Source: Sphingomonadaceae bacterium
GTDB taxonomy: Bacteria; Pseudomonadota; Alphaproteobacteria; Sphingomonadales; Sphingomonadaceae
Direction of reading: 5' to 3'
NCBI GenBank assembly: GCA_965261015.1
Contig: CBDHCC010000001.1
Coordinates: 1,037,873 to 1,101,872, forward strand
Length of the DNA stretch: 64,000 nucleotides
Shown here: positions 54,957 to 64,000 of the stretch, one piece after another
How the letters are laid out: every line of letters begins with the position of its first letter
Numbering within the stretch: position 1 is the stretch's first letter
Notes under the pieces: model-generated
What the model saw: the letters and a program-made list of their open reading frames with translations, nothing else
Told to the model about the DNA's origin: nothing
Database searches by the model: none
Position numbers and translations under genes: made by a program

Positions 54957-55634
54957 TTAGCCCCGGTCGGTGATGCGCGGATCGACCGTGATCCGGACCG
55001 TCTCGCCCGACCGGCCGGGAAAGCCCGTGAACATCGCTTCGACCAGGTTCGGCAGCACACGGTCCAGGCGGCGGGTGCGCGACAGCGCCTCGGCCCGGCC
55101 GTCGAACACGTTGCGCCCGGCGGCGCGCTGGTCGTCGATCTTCATTTCCAGCTGTGTCGTGAAGACGGTGTAGCTGTAGACGTCGTTGAACCCCGGACCG
55201 AACGCCCACGGATCGGCGAAGCCGTAAGAAAAGGCGGAGCGGCGGAACCCGCCATAGCCCCCGAAATACCCGCGCCGGCCGTAATAAGGCGAGAAGCCGA
55301 AGCCGTAATCCGCGCCGAACCCGCTGGAACGGACCCGCTCGCGCCCCGTGTCGATGGCATAGCCGACGCGCACCAGCAGGTCGGCGGTGGCGATGTCGGA
55401 GGCGGGGCGATAGCCCTCGCGCGTCATTTCGCGGCCGATCAGGCCGGCATAGGACTGAAATTCCAGCCCACCCTGTTCGGGCGTGAGCGGCACGACGGCG
55501 AAGGTCTGGCCCTGCGGCAGCGGCAGTTGCTGATAGCGGGTGACGTCGGATTGGAAGGCGGTGGCGCACGCACCCAGGCTCAAGACAGCGAGGGGGGCGG
55601 TCCAGCCGAGCAGGCGGCGTTGGATGGGGGACAT
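54957..55634 (-). CDS. Lipoprotein (DUF4136-like) with a G/Y/F-rich central segment
   Basis: The LAVLSLGAC lipobox. The family call is from memory of the domain pattern. Confidence 0.6.
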   Translation of the reverse strand: MSPIQRRLLGWTAPLAVLSLGACATAFQSDVTRYQQLPLPQGQTFAVVPLTPEQGGLEFQSYAGLIGREMTREGYRPASDIATADLLVRVGYAIDTGRERVRSSGFGADYGFGFSPYYGRRGYFGGYGGFRRSAFSYGFADPWAFGPGFNDVYSYTVFTTQLEMKIDDQRAAGRNVFDGRAEALSRTRRLDRVLPNLVEAMFTGFPGRSGETVRITVDPRITDRG

Positions 55635-55706
55635 GGCAAACTCCTGAACACAGACGGCAATCTGACCTTCTTTTTGCCCGATTCGCCGTGAACAGATGTT
55701 GAACGC

Positions 55707-56732
55707 TCAGAGCGCGCGAACGCTCCCACGGTCGAGGCCCGCCGCCCGATAGGCCGCCGCCAAGGTGGGGGCCGCGATCGCCCGGGCGCGCGCCGCGCCG
55801 GCTTCCAGAACGGCGTCGATGCCCGCCGGATCGGCCGTCAGCCCTTCCAGCCGCTCCCGGATCGGGGCCAGCGCCGCCACCAGCCGGTCGGCCAGACGAG
55901 GCTTGAACGCGCCGAAGCCCTGACCGGCGTGTTCCGCCAGCACGGCCGCCGGATCGCGATCGTCCAGCGCGGCCAGGATGGTGACCAGGTTCAAGGCCTC
56001 CGGTCGGTCCGCCAGCCCGGCCAGTTCGCCCGGCAGGGGGTCGGCGTCCGTGCGCGCGCGCCGCACCTTCTGCGCGATCGCGTCGTCGCTGTCGGTCAGG
56101 TTGATGCGGCTCATGTCCGACGGGTCCGACTTCGACATCTTGGCCCGGCCATCGCGCAGCGACATGACGCGCGCCGCCGTCCGCCCGATCAGCGGTTCGG
56201 GGAGCGTGAACAGCGCCACGTCGCGGTCCGCGTTGAACTTGGCCGCGATGTCGCGCGCCAGCTCCAGATGCTGCTTCTGGTCTTCGCCCACCGGCACGTG
56301 GGTCGCGTTGTAGAGCAGCACGTCGGCCGCCTGGAGCACCGGGTAGGCGTAGAGGCCGACCGACGCGCCCTCCCGATCCTTGCCGACCTTGTCCTTGAAC
56401 TGGGTCATGCGATTGAGCCAGCCGATCCGCGCGGTGCAGAACAACAGCCAGGCGAGCTCCGCATGGGCGGGCACGCGCGCCTGGTTGAACAGGATCGCGC
56501 GCGCCGGATCGACGCCGCACGCGATCAGCGCGGCGGCCATCGCGCGGGTGTTCGCGACCAGGGCTGCGGGGTCCAGCGGCACGGTGACGGCGTGCAGGTC
56601 GGCCAGGAAATAGAGCGCCTCGCCGCCCGCCGCCGCCGCCTCGTCCTGCAGGCGCACCCATTGGCGGATCGCGCCCAACCAGTTGCCCAGGTGCAGGTCG
56701 CCCGTGGGCTGGATGCCCGACACGATCCTCAT
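55707..56732 (-). CDS. trpS: Tryptophan--tRNA ligase
   Basis: [21 protein letters not shown] is the HIGH region and KMSKSDPS the KMSKS motif. ATGA overlap with the murJ stop. Confidence 0.93.
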   Translation of the reverse strand: MRIVSGIQPTGDLHLGNWLGAIRQWVRLQDEAAAAGGEALYFLADLHAVTVPLDPAALVANTRAMAAALIACGVDPARAILFNQARVPAHAELAWLLFCTARIGWLNRMTQFKDKVGKDREGASVGLYAYPVLQAADVLLYNATHVPVGEDQKQHLELARDIAAKFNADRDVALFTLPEPLIGRTAARVMSLRDGRAKMSKSDPSDMSRINLTDSDDAIAQKVRRARTDADPLPGELAGLADRPEALNLVTILAALDDRDPAAVLAEHAGQGFGAFKPRLADRLVAALAPIRERLEGLTADPAGIDAVLEAGAARARAIAAPTLAAAYRAAGLDRGSVRAL

Positions 56733-58342
56733 GACGGCGGTGTCTCCGGTGGGGCGGGCGGGTTGCCGCCGGTCTGGTCGGGCGCCACGCGCGGCCGGCG
56801 CAGCTCTTTCAGGTCCGACAGGCGAAAGGCGCCGAACGCGAAACAGGCGACACCATAGACCGCCAGTCCGGCCAGGACCATCGCGCCCAGCGCCACGGCG
56901 CGGGTGCGCCAGTCGTCGCCCATGAACGCCAGCGCCCAGTCGTTCATCAGCAGCAGCGCCGCGCCCATCGCGGCCGCCGCCAGCATCAGGCGGGGCAGGC
57001 GGGCGCGCAGCACGGCGTCCATGCGGTACTGCCCGCGCGCCGACAGGGTGCGCCACAACAAGGCCAGGTTGACCAGCGCGGAGAGTGCTGTCGCCAGCGG
57101 CGGGCCCAGATAGCCCACCGTCGGGATCAGGATCAGGTTGGCGACCACGTTCACCCCCACCGCGACCGTCGCGAACCGAACCGGCGTGCGCGTGTCGGAC
57201 CGGGCGTAATAGCCGGGCGTCAGCACCTTGATGAGCACATAGGCCGGCAGGCCCACCGAAAAGGCCCCCAGCACCCACGCGGTGGCGCGCGCGTCCGCGT
57301 CCGTGAACTGGCCGTGGCGGAACAGGCCCGAAACGATCGGCAGCGCGGCCGTCAGGAAGGCGACGGTGGCCGGCAGCGTGAAGAGCAGCGCCAGCTCCAC
57401 ACCCCGGTTCTGCAGGTGCATCGCGTCCTCGTCCTGGCCCGCGCCCAGCTGGCGCGACAGGGTGGGCAGCAGGATCGTGCCCAGGCCGATGCCGATCAGG
57501 CCCAGCGGCAGCTGGTTCAGCCGGTCGGCGTAATAGATGTAGCTGATGGCGCCCGGCGCCAGCAGGCTGCCCGCCAGGGCGGTGGAGATCAGCAGGTTCA
57601 CCTGCACCGCGCCCGCGCCCAGCGCGGCCGGCCCGATCAGCCCGGCCAGCCGCCGCACATCCGCGTCCAGCCGGGGCCACCGCCACCGCAGCCGGACCCC
57701 GGCCGCGCGCGCGCCCCAGATTAGGAAGGCCAGCTGCAGCGCGCCGCCGCCGGTCACCGACAGGGCCTGGACCCGCGCGGTCTCGAACGGTCCGTCGCCA
57801 TGGCCGAACCACAGGGCGGCGACCATCGCGACGTTCAGCAGGATGGGCGCGGCCGCGTTCACCCAGAAGCGGTGGAGCGAGTTCAGGATGCCGCCCAACA
57901 GCGACACGAGCGAGATCATGAGGAGGTAGGGCAGCGTGATCCGCGACAGCGTGACGGCATAGGCGAACTGGGCCGGCGTGGGGTCGCGAAAGCCGCCCGA
58001 CAGGGCGAAGGTGAGCGGGGCCGCCGCGACCATCAGCGCGACGGTCGCCACCACCAGCACGGGCAGCAGCACGGCCAGCACGCGTTCGGCGAAGTCGATG
58101 CCGGCCGCCAGCCCCTCGCCCTCGGCCACCCGCCGGTTGAACATCGGGATGAAGGCGGCGGAAAACGCGCCCTCCGCGAACAGCGCGCGGAACATGTTGG
58201 GCAGGCGAAAGGCCACCAGGAAGGCGTCGGACGCGAAGCCCGCCCCCACGAACGTCGCCTGCAACGTGTCGCGGACCAGGGCCAGCACCCGGCTGGCGAG
58301 CGTCAGTCCGCCGACGGAGCCCAAGGCGCGGCCCAGCCGCAT
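56729..58342 (-). CDS. murJ: Lipid II flippase MurJ (MviN)
   Basis: 537 aa with about 14 TM. N-terminus is [52 protein letters not shown]. Confidence 0.92.
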   Translation of the reverse strand: MRLGRALGSVGGLTLASRVLALVRDTLQATFVGAGFASDAFLVAFRLPNMFRALFAEGAFSAAFIPMFNRRVAEGEGLAAGIDFAERVLAVLLPVLVVATVALMVAAAPLTFALSGGFRDPTPAQFAYAVTLSRITLPYLLMISLVSLLGGILNSLHRFWVNAAAPILLNVAMVAALWFGHGDGPFETARVQALSVTGGGALQLAFLIWGARAAGVRLRWRWPRLDADVRRLAGLIGPAALGAGAVQVNLLISTALAGSLLAPGAISYIYYADRLNQLPLGLIGIGLGTILLPTLSRQLGAGQDEDAMHLQNRGVELALLFTLPATVAFLTAALPIVSGLFRHGQFTDADARATAWVLGAFSVGLPAYVLIKVLTPGYYARSDTRTPVRFATVAVGVNVVANLILIPTVGYLGPPLATALSALVNLALLWRTLSARGQYRMDAVLRARLPRLMLAAAAMGAALLLMNDWALAFMGDDWRTRAVALGAMVLAGLAVYGVACFAFGAFRLSDLKELRRPRVAPDQTGGNPPAPPETPPS

Positions 58343-58381
58343 CAGCGCGCGCGCCCCAGCAGCATCGGCCCGCGCCCCGGG

Positions 58382-58903
58382 TCAGGCGTGGCCGATCGCC
58401 CCGCTGCCGTTGCCCGCCTGCTGCGCGGCCTGGGCCAGATAGAGCGCGTGGAAGTCGATCGGTTCCAGCATCAGCGGCTGGAACCCGCCGTCGCGCACCG
58501 CGTCGGCCAGCACGCGCCTGGCGAAGGGGAACAGGATGCGCGGCGCTTCGCCCAGCAGGAAGGGCTGAAGCTGCTCGTCCGGGATGTTGCGAAGCGCGAA
58601 CAGGCCGGCATAGGACAAGTCGACGACAAAGCCGGTCTGGTCGCCCCAGGTGCCGCGCACGTCGATCTTCAGCACCACCTCGTGCACGTCCTCGCCCACG
58701 GTGGCCGCGCCGATGTTGAACTGCACGTCGATCTGCGCCTGGGTGGTGGCGTTGTAGATCGCGGGCGCGTTCGGATTCTCGAACGACAGGTCCTTGACGT
58801 ACTGCGAGATCACGCCGGCCTGCGGCTGGTCGTCCGCGCCCGGGGCGGTCTGGTCGGCGGAAAGGTCCGGATTGGGCGTGAGGCCCAGGTCGTCGTCGGC
58901 CAT
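58382..58903 (-). CDS. secB: Protein-export chaperone SecB
   Basis: [16 protein letters not shown] ... [39 protein letters not shown] at 58903. Confidence 0.92.
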   Translation of the reverse strand: MADDDLGLTPNPDLSADQTAPGADDQPQAGVISQYVKDLSFENPNAPAIYNATTQAQIDVQFNIGAATVGEDVHEVVLKIDVRGTWGDQTGFVVDLSYAGLFALRNIPDEQLQPFLLGEAPRILFPFARRVLADAVRDGGFQPLMLEPIDFHALYLAQAAQQAGNGSGAIGHA

Positions 58904-59042
58904 GGCGCGGATGCTCGTCCTGTGTTCGGGAATGGGGTGGCGCGCCCTAACAGCCCCCGTCACGCGGGGCAATCGGCGGGCGTGGGCGGCGGGGCGGACT
59001 CGCGCCCGACGCGGCGATTTGTAAGCGGAGCGCCGGCGTCCT

Positions 59043-59735
59043 ATGTCTCATTCGAACAACGCCCGCCCGGAGAGTGCCACCGTGACCGCCGTCATCATCC
59101 TTGCCATGATCGCCCTGTTCCTGGGCCTGCGGCTCTATTCCGTGCTGGGTCGCAAGACCGGCCACGGGGCCGATCTGGGCGAGCCCGTGCAGGAGCAGGT
59201 GGGCACCGCCGGCCGGGTCGGCCTGGCCGTGCCCGCGCCCGCGGCCGCGCGCGCCACGGTCAGCCAGCACGAAATCGCCGACGGCGCGCAGGCCGGCTTG
59301 GCGGCGATCGCGGCGGCCGACCGCTCGTTCGATCTCGACCGGTTCATGGAGGGCGCGGCGGCCGCCTATCAGATGGTGCTCGAAGCCTTCTGGGCGGGCG
59401 ACCGCGAGGCCCTGGCGGAGCTGACGGGCGAGGACGTGCAGGCGTCGTTCGGAGAGGCGATCGCCGCGCGCGAGGCCGCCGGCGAGCGCCTGGACAACCG
59501 ACTGATCGCCGTCGAGGAGGCGAAGGTGTCCGCCGCCAGCCTGTACGCGCGCGAAGCGCGGGTGACCGTCGAGTTCCAGGCGGCGATCGCGGCCGTCACG
59601 CGCAATGCGGAGGACGAGGTCGTCGCCGGGTCGCTGGACGACGCGGTCACGACGCACGACCTGTGGACCTTCGAGCGCTCGCTCGACTCCGCCGATCCCA
59701 ACTGGGTCCTGACCGAGACCGACGAAGCGCGCTGA
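59043..59735 (+). CDS. Tim44-like domain protein
   Basis: N-terminal TM helix and a C-terminal Tim44-like domain (...HDLWTFERSL..DPNWVLTET). Lies in the conserved secB / Tim44-like / mltA neighbourhood. Confidence 0.8.
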   Translation: MSHSNNARPESATVTAVIILAMIALFLGLRLYSVLGRKTGHGADLGEPVQEQVGTAGRVGLAVPAPAAARATVSQHEIADGAQAGLAAIAAADRSFDLDRFMEGAAAAYQMVLEAFWAGDREALAELTGEDVQASFGEAIAAREAAGERLDNRLIAVEEAKVSAASLYAREARVTVEFQAAIAAVTRNAEDEVVAGSLDDAVTTHDLWTFERSLDSADPNWVLTETDEAR

Positions 59736-59740
59736 TCCGG

Positions 59741-61057
59741 ATGGGCCGGGGCGGGGTCGGGAGCGCGCGCCCGCGCCGGGCGATCCTCGGCGGTGCCCTG
59801 GCGCTGGCGCTGTCGGCCTGCGCGGGGGTCGTGCCCAACGGCACGGTGGCCTCCGTCGACCGCGCGCCCGATCGGCCGGCGCGCGGGGCCACGACGGCCG
59901 AGCCGGTCCGCTCGGCCACTCCGGTCGCCGGTCCGCCGGCGCGCCGGCCCGTCGCCGTCACGCCGATCCCCGCACTGCCGGCCGCCGCGCTGACCGAGGC
60001 GACCCGCGCGCGCGATGCGGGCCTGCGGATCGTGCCCGCTCTCCCGGCGCTCTCCGGCGACACCGCCGCCGCGCTGGCCGCCTTTCGCCTGTCCTGCCCG
60101 GCGCTTCGCAAGCGCGCCGACCTGTCCGGCCTGACCCAGGCCGGCGACTGGGACGCGGCCTGCGCGCTCGCCGAACGCACGCGCCCCGGCGACGCCGCGC
60201 GCTTCTTCGCCACCGCGTTCCAGCCGGTCCAGGTGGGCGATGGCCGGCTGTTCGCCACCGGCTATTACGAGCCCGAACTCGCCGGGTCGCGCACCCGTCG
60301 GCCGGGCTATGGGGTGCCCATCTATCGCAAGCCCGCCGACCTGGTGGAGGTCGATCTGGGCCGGTTCTCCGCGGGACTGGCCGGCAAGCGCGTGCGCGGG
60401 CGCATCGCCGACGGCACGCTGGTCCCCTATCCCGACCGCGCGGCCATCGAGGGCGGGGCGCTCGCCGGGCGCGGGCTGGAGATCGCCTGGGGCGCCGACC
60501 CGGTGGAGGTGTTCTTCCTGCAGATTCAGGGATCGGGCCGGCTGAGGCTGCCCGATGGCGGCGTGATGCGGATCGGCTATGCGGGGCAGAACGGGCACGA
60601 CTACACCTCCATCGGCCGGCTGCTGGTGGAGCGCGGCGTGTTGCAGAGCGGGCAGGCGTCGATGCAGGGGATCGTCGGCTGGCTGTCGGCCCACCCGGCC
60701 GAGGGCGCGGCGCTGATGCGCGAGAATGAGAGCTTCGTCTTCTTCCAGGAACTGACCGGCCCCGGCCCGCTGGGCGCGCTGGGCCTGCCGGTCGCCCCAC
60801 GGGTGTCGGTGGCCGCCGACCCGCGTTTCGTGCCGCTGGGCGCGCCCGTGTTCCTGTCGGCCGACCGGGCGGACGTGCAGGGGGTCTGGATCGCGCAGGA
60901 CACCGGCGGCGCCATCAAGGGGGCCAACCGGCTGGACACCTTCTGGGGCGCCGGCGACGAGGCGCGGGCGATCGCGGGCGGGCTGTCGGCGCGCGGCACG
61001 GCCTGGATCCTGCTGCCCCGCGCGGCGGCCGAGCGGCTGGGCCGTGCCGACCGATGA
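59741..61057 (+). CDS. mltA: Murein transglycosylase A
   Basis: This is the real 3' part of the track ORF 57800..61057. It has a lipobox (LALALSAC) and MltA/3D-domain motifs (FFLQIQGSGRL...DTGGAIKGANRLDTFWG). Confidence 0.88.
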   Translation: MGRGGVGSARPRRAILGGALALALSACAGVVPNGTVASVDRAPDRPARGATTAEPVRSATPVAGPPARRPVAVTPIPALPAAALTEATRARDAGLRIVPALPALSGDTAAALAAFRLSCPALRKRADLSGLTQAGDWDAACALAERTRPGDAARFFATAFQPVQVGDGRLFATGYYEPELAGSRTRRPGYGVPIYRKPADLVEVDLGRFSAGLAGKRVRGRIADGTLVPYPDRAAIEGGALAGRGLEIAWGADPVEVFFLQIQGSGRLRLPDGGVMRIGYAGQNGHDYTSIGRLLVERGVLQSGQASMQGIVGWLSAHPAEGAALMRENESFVFFQELTGPGPLGALGLPVAPRVSVAADPRFVPLGAPVFLSADRADVQGVWIAQDTGGAIKGANRLDTFWGAGDEARAIAGGLSARGTAWILLPRAAAERLGRADR

Positions 61058-61595
61058 CCTGACCGACCGCGACCGCGCGCTGTGGGCCGCCGTCGCGCGC
61101 ACCGTCACGCCGCTGGGTGGTCCCCGACCGCCGCAGGCCGGAGTGGAAGCGACCGCGATCCCCAACCCGCTGCCGGCCAGCACCGTCCCGTCGCGACCGC
61201 GCCCGTCCGTCGCCGCTTTGCGCCCACCGGCCCGCCCGGCCGCGCCGGCGCAGCTCGACGGGTCGTGGGAGCGTCGGCTGGCGCGCGGCCTGGTGGATCC
61301 GGACCGCACGCTGGACCTGCACGGCCTACGCCTGGACGCGGCGTGGGAGCGGCTGGACGGCGCGGTGGGCGCGGTCGTGGCCGGCGGGGGTCGCGTGCTG
61401 CTGGTGATCGCCGGCCGCGACCGGGGGCCGGACGTGCGCGGACAGCCGGGCGCGCGCGGCCGCATCCGAGCGAAGCTGGCCGACTGGCTGAACGCCGGCG
61501 TCCACGCGCGCCGCGTCCTGGCGATCCGGCCGGCGCACGCGCGTCATGGCGGGGCGGGCGCGGTCTACGTCGTGCTGAAGCGTGCCGATCGCTAG
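61044..61595 (+). CDS. Smr domain protein
   Basis: LDLHGLRLDAAWERLDGAV...VLLVIAGRDRG... matches the Smr pattern. GTG start overlaps the mltA end. Confidence 0.8.
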   Translation: MPTDDLTDRDRALWAAVARTVTPLGGPRPPQAGVEATAIPNPLPASTVPSRPRPSVAALRPPARPAAPAQLDGSWERRLARGLVDPDRTLDLHGLRLDAAWERLDGAVGAVVAGGGRVLLVIAGRDRGPDVRGQPGARGRIRAKLADWLNAGVHARRVLAIRPAHARHGGAGAVYVVLKRADR

Positions 61596-61686
61596 ACGTT
61601 AACCACGCACGGTAGGGGGTTCTTCACCGCGCCGGCGGCATCTTAGTCGGGCCGCGACAGCCGATGGACGGCCCGCGTCGGAACCG

Positions 61687-63345
61687 GTGGAGGCGACCTG
61701 GATGATCGGCCCGCCCCCTCGCTCGCCCTGGATGGCGGTCCTGCTCGCCACGGCCGTCGCCGTGCTGTTGCGGCCGGACCCCTGGCTGCTGGCGGTCTCG
61801 CTGGCGCTGGGCGCGGCCGTGCTGGCGCGCCGGCCGGCCCTCTTCGGCGCGGACGAGCCGGGCGTGGACGATATCGTCGAGCGGCTGCAGGCGGCGGCCG
61901 CCGGCGACTTCGCCTGTCCGCCGCGCGACCCCTGGCAGCCGCCGGCCGCGCGGCAGGGCGCGATCGACGCGGCCTTTGCGGGTCTGCGCCGCGCGGTGGA
62001 GCGGGCGAACGCGCTGGCCGACAACGACCCGGTCACCAACCTGCCCAACCGGCTGCATTTCCGGCGCGAGGGCGAGGCGCGACTGGCGCGGCTGGCGCCC
62101 GGCACGCCCAGCGCGCTGCTGTTCGTCGACCTGGACCGGTTCAAGGCGGTGAACGACAGCCTGGGCCACGCGCATGGCGACATGCTGCTGATGCAGGTCG
62201 CCAGCCGGCTGCGCGACGAGGTGCGGGACCACGCCGCGCGCACGCCCGACCGCATGGCCCCGATCCTGGGCCGGCTGGCGGGCGACGAGTTCACGGTGCT
62301 GCTGCCCGGATCCGACCGCGCCGATGCGCTGGCGGTGGCGCGGTCGTTCGGCTGGTCGCTCCGCAGTCCGCTGTCGGTGGGCGGACGGAGCGTCACCGTG
62401 TCGGCCAGCGTGGGGATCGCCATGGCGCCCGATCACGGCGCCACCGTCGGCGCCCTGCTGCGCGCCGCCGACGACGCGATGTACGCCGCCAAGGACGCGG
62501 GGCGCGGCCAGGCCTGCGTGTTCGAGGACGCGATGGCCAGCCGTCGCCGACAGGTCGAGCGGCTGGAGGCGGAGCTGGCCGGCGCGCTGGCCGCCGGCGA
62601 CTTCCAGCTCGTCTTCCAGCCGCAGGTCCAGCTGTCGACCGGCCGGACCAGCGTGGTCGAGGCGCTGCTGCGCTGGGGACCCGAAGGCCGCCCGCCAGTC
62701 GCCGCCGCCGACTTCCTGGCGGTGGCGGAGGACAGCGGGCTGATCGGCCCGATCGGCGACTGGGTCGCGGACGCGGTGGCCGATCGCTTGGTCGAATGGC
62801 AGCGCGCGGGCTATCGCGGGCGACTGGCCGTCAACCTGTCTCCCCGCCAGCTCGCCCGGCCCGACACCCTGTCGCGGCTGGAGGGCGCCGTGGTGTCGCG
62901 CGGCGGGCGGCTGGCCGGGCTGGAGGTGGAGATCGGGGAGACGGCGATGGCGCGCGCCGGCACCGACGTGCGGGCCTCGCTGGCCGGACTGCGCGCGCGC
63001 GGCGTCACCGTCACGGTCGACGATTACGGCGCCGGCCACTCCCGGCTGCGCGACCTGGCGGCCTGGCCGGTGGACCGGATCAAGCTGGACGGGGCGCTGG
63101 TCCGCGACCTTCCCCACGACCCCGCGGCCCGCGTGGTGGCGGAGGCGGCGGTCGACATGATCCGCCGGCTGGGCCGCGAACCGGCCGCCGGCGGCGTGGA
63201 GGCCGCCGACCAGCTCGACATCCTGGGCGCGCTGGGCGTGGAGGCGGCGCAGGGCTATCTGATCGCCCGGCCGATGACGGCCGGGCAGCTGGAACGCTGG
63301 TCCTACGCCGGCGCGGACAGCGCGGCGGTCGCGATCGCGCGATAG
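61687..63345 (+). CDS. Membrane-anchored GGDEF-EAL protein (the diguanylate cyclase motif reads AGDEF)
   Basis: Two N-terminal TM helices. Contains DPVTNLPNRLHF...FVDLDRFKAVND...GRLAGDEFTVLL, then an EAL domain (VVEALLRW ... DDYGAGHS ... IKLD). The start could also be ATG 61702. Confidence 0.88.
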   Translation: MEATWMIGPPPRSPWMAVLLATAVAVLLRPDPWLLAVSLALGAAVLARRPALFGADEPGVDDIVERLQAAAAGDFACPPRDPWQPPAARQGAIDAAFAGLRRAVERANALADNDPVTNLPNRLHFRREGEARLARLAPGTPSALLFVDLDRFKAVNDSLGHAHGDMLLMQVASRLRDEVRDHAARTPDRMAPILGRLAGDEFTVLLPGSDRADALAVARSFGWSLRSPLSVGGRSVTVSASVGIAMAPDHGATVGALLRAADDAMYAAKDAGRGQACVFEDAMASRRRQVERLEAELAGALAAGDFQLVFQPQVQLSTGRTSVVEALLRWGPEGRPPVAAADFLAVAEDSGLIGPIGDWVADAVADRLVEWQRAGYRGRLAVNLSPRQLARPDTLSRLEGAVVSRGGRLAGLEVEIGETAMARAGTDVRASLAGLRARGVTVTVDDYGAGHSRLRDLAAWPVDRIKLDGALVRDLPHDPAARVVAEAAVDMIRRLGREPAAGGVEAADQLDILGALGVEAAQGYLIARPMTAGQLERWSYAGADSAAVAIAR

Positions 63346-64000
63346 ATCGCCGTCAGGTCGTCCAGGTCGGCGATCGCGAGGGATTCGCCCGGCTGGTGCA
63401 TCGTCGCGTTCGGTGGGCCGAACTCGACGACCGGGCACAAAGCCTGCAGAAAGCGCGCGTCGGACGTGCCCCCGCTGGTGGACAGCACGGGCGTCACCCC
63501 GGTGACGCCGGCGATCGCGTCGGAGACCAGGGCGGAGAACCCGCCCGGCGGCGTCAGGAACGCCTCTCCGCTCACCCGGCCCTCGGCCGTGCAGCCGTGC
63601 CGTTCGGCCACGGCCGCGACCCGCGCCACCAGTTCGTCGCCCGTGTGCCGGTCGTTGAACCGAATGGACAGACGGGCGCGCCCCGATCCGGGGATGACGT
63701 TGTGGGCCGGGTTGGCGGCCTGGATCTCGGTCACTTCCAGATTGGAGGGCTGGAACCACTCGGTGCCCTCGTCGAGCGCCATCGCGTCGAGTTCGGCCAG
63801 GCAGCGGATCAGGCGGGGCAGGGGGTTGTCGGCGGCCGCCGGATAGGCGACGTGCCCCTCGCGCCCCGCCGCCGTGACCCAGAGGTTGACGGACCCGCGC
63901 CGCCCGATCTTCACCGTGTCGCCCAGCCGTTCGGCCGAGGTCGGCTCGCCCACCAGGATGCGATCCGGCCGCACGCCGTCGGCGGCCATGCGGTCCATCA
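63303..64000 (-). CDS. dapE: Succinyl-diaminopimelate desuccinylase, C-terminal part; the N-terminus lies beyond the window end
   Basis: KIGRRGSVNLWVTAAGREGHVAYP...NVIPG...STSGGTSDARF is M20 peptidase / DapE-like. It overlaps the 3' end of the convergent GGDEF-EAL gene by 43 nt. Confidence 0.88.
   Translation of the reverse strand, partial: MDRMAADGVRPDRILVGEPTSAERLGDTVKIGRRGSVNLWVTAAGREGHVAYPAAADNPLPRLIRCLAELDAMALDEGTEWFQPSNLEVTEIQAANPAHNVIPGSGRARLSIRFNDRHTGDELVARVAAVAERHGCTAEGRVSGEAFLTPPGGFSALVSDAIAGVTGVTPVLSTSGGTSDARFLQALCPVVEFGPPNATMHQPGESLAIADLDDLTAIYRAIATAALSAPA

Overview
High-GC (roughly 65-70%) alphaproteobacterial chromosome segment. From gene content and synteny it is probably Sphingomonadales, and it lies near dnaA (inference only). 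Most of the window is housekeeping. This includes rpsA-cmk-aroA, tRNA-Ala(GGC), proS and a valine/isobutyrate catabolic operon (mmsA, acyl-CoA dehydrogenase, hydroxyisobutyryl-CoA hydrolase, crotonase, mmsB, thiolase). It also includes pgsA, cysE, a large TonB-dependent receptor, alr, modABC, ygfZ, acnA and fabH-like. The class Ia RNR genes nrdA/nrdB, moeB-like, dut, coaBC, ubiB, ubiE, mutM, rpsT, dnaA, trpS, murJ, secB, mltA, a GGDEF-EAL protein and dapE are also present. I saw no rRNA, CRISPR array, integrase or transposase. The accessory content sits in three places. (1) A 1.46-kb, partly low-GC mosaic of five small ORFs separates nrdA from nrdB. It includes an RHH protein with a translationally coupled 67-aa ORF behind an AT-rich palindromic promoter/operator. 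This is my best candidate for something undescribed. (2) Directly downstream of nrdB there is a decayed toxin-antitoxin patch: intact BrnT, truncated BrnA and a HigA-like remnant. Beyond it lie a cluster of five REP-type palindromes and a frameshifted phage-like HTH gene with a near-consensus sigma70 promoter. (3) Tandem MazEF-like and MntA/HepT modules plus a membrane gene are inserted between ubiB and coaBC, apparently fused into that operon. Other observations are three intergenic repeat families, one of them a 50-nt element lying sense-oriented upstream of two dehydrogenase genes. There are also two apparent frameshifts, an EcfG-type general-stress promoter, and GANTC enrichment around a perfect palindrome upstream of dnaA. 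Many very long ORFs in the supplied track are antisense shadow ORFs typical of high-GC DNA and were rejected. All functional calls rest on motif and sequence recognition by eye; no database search was run.
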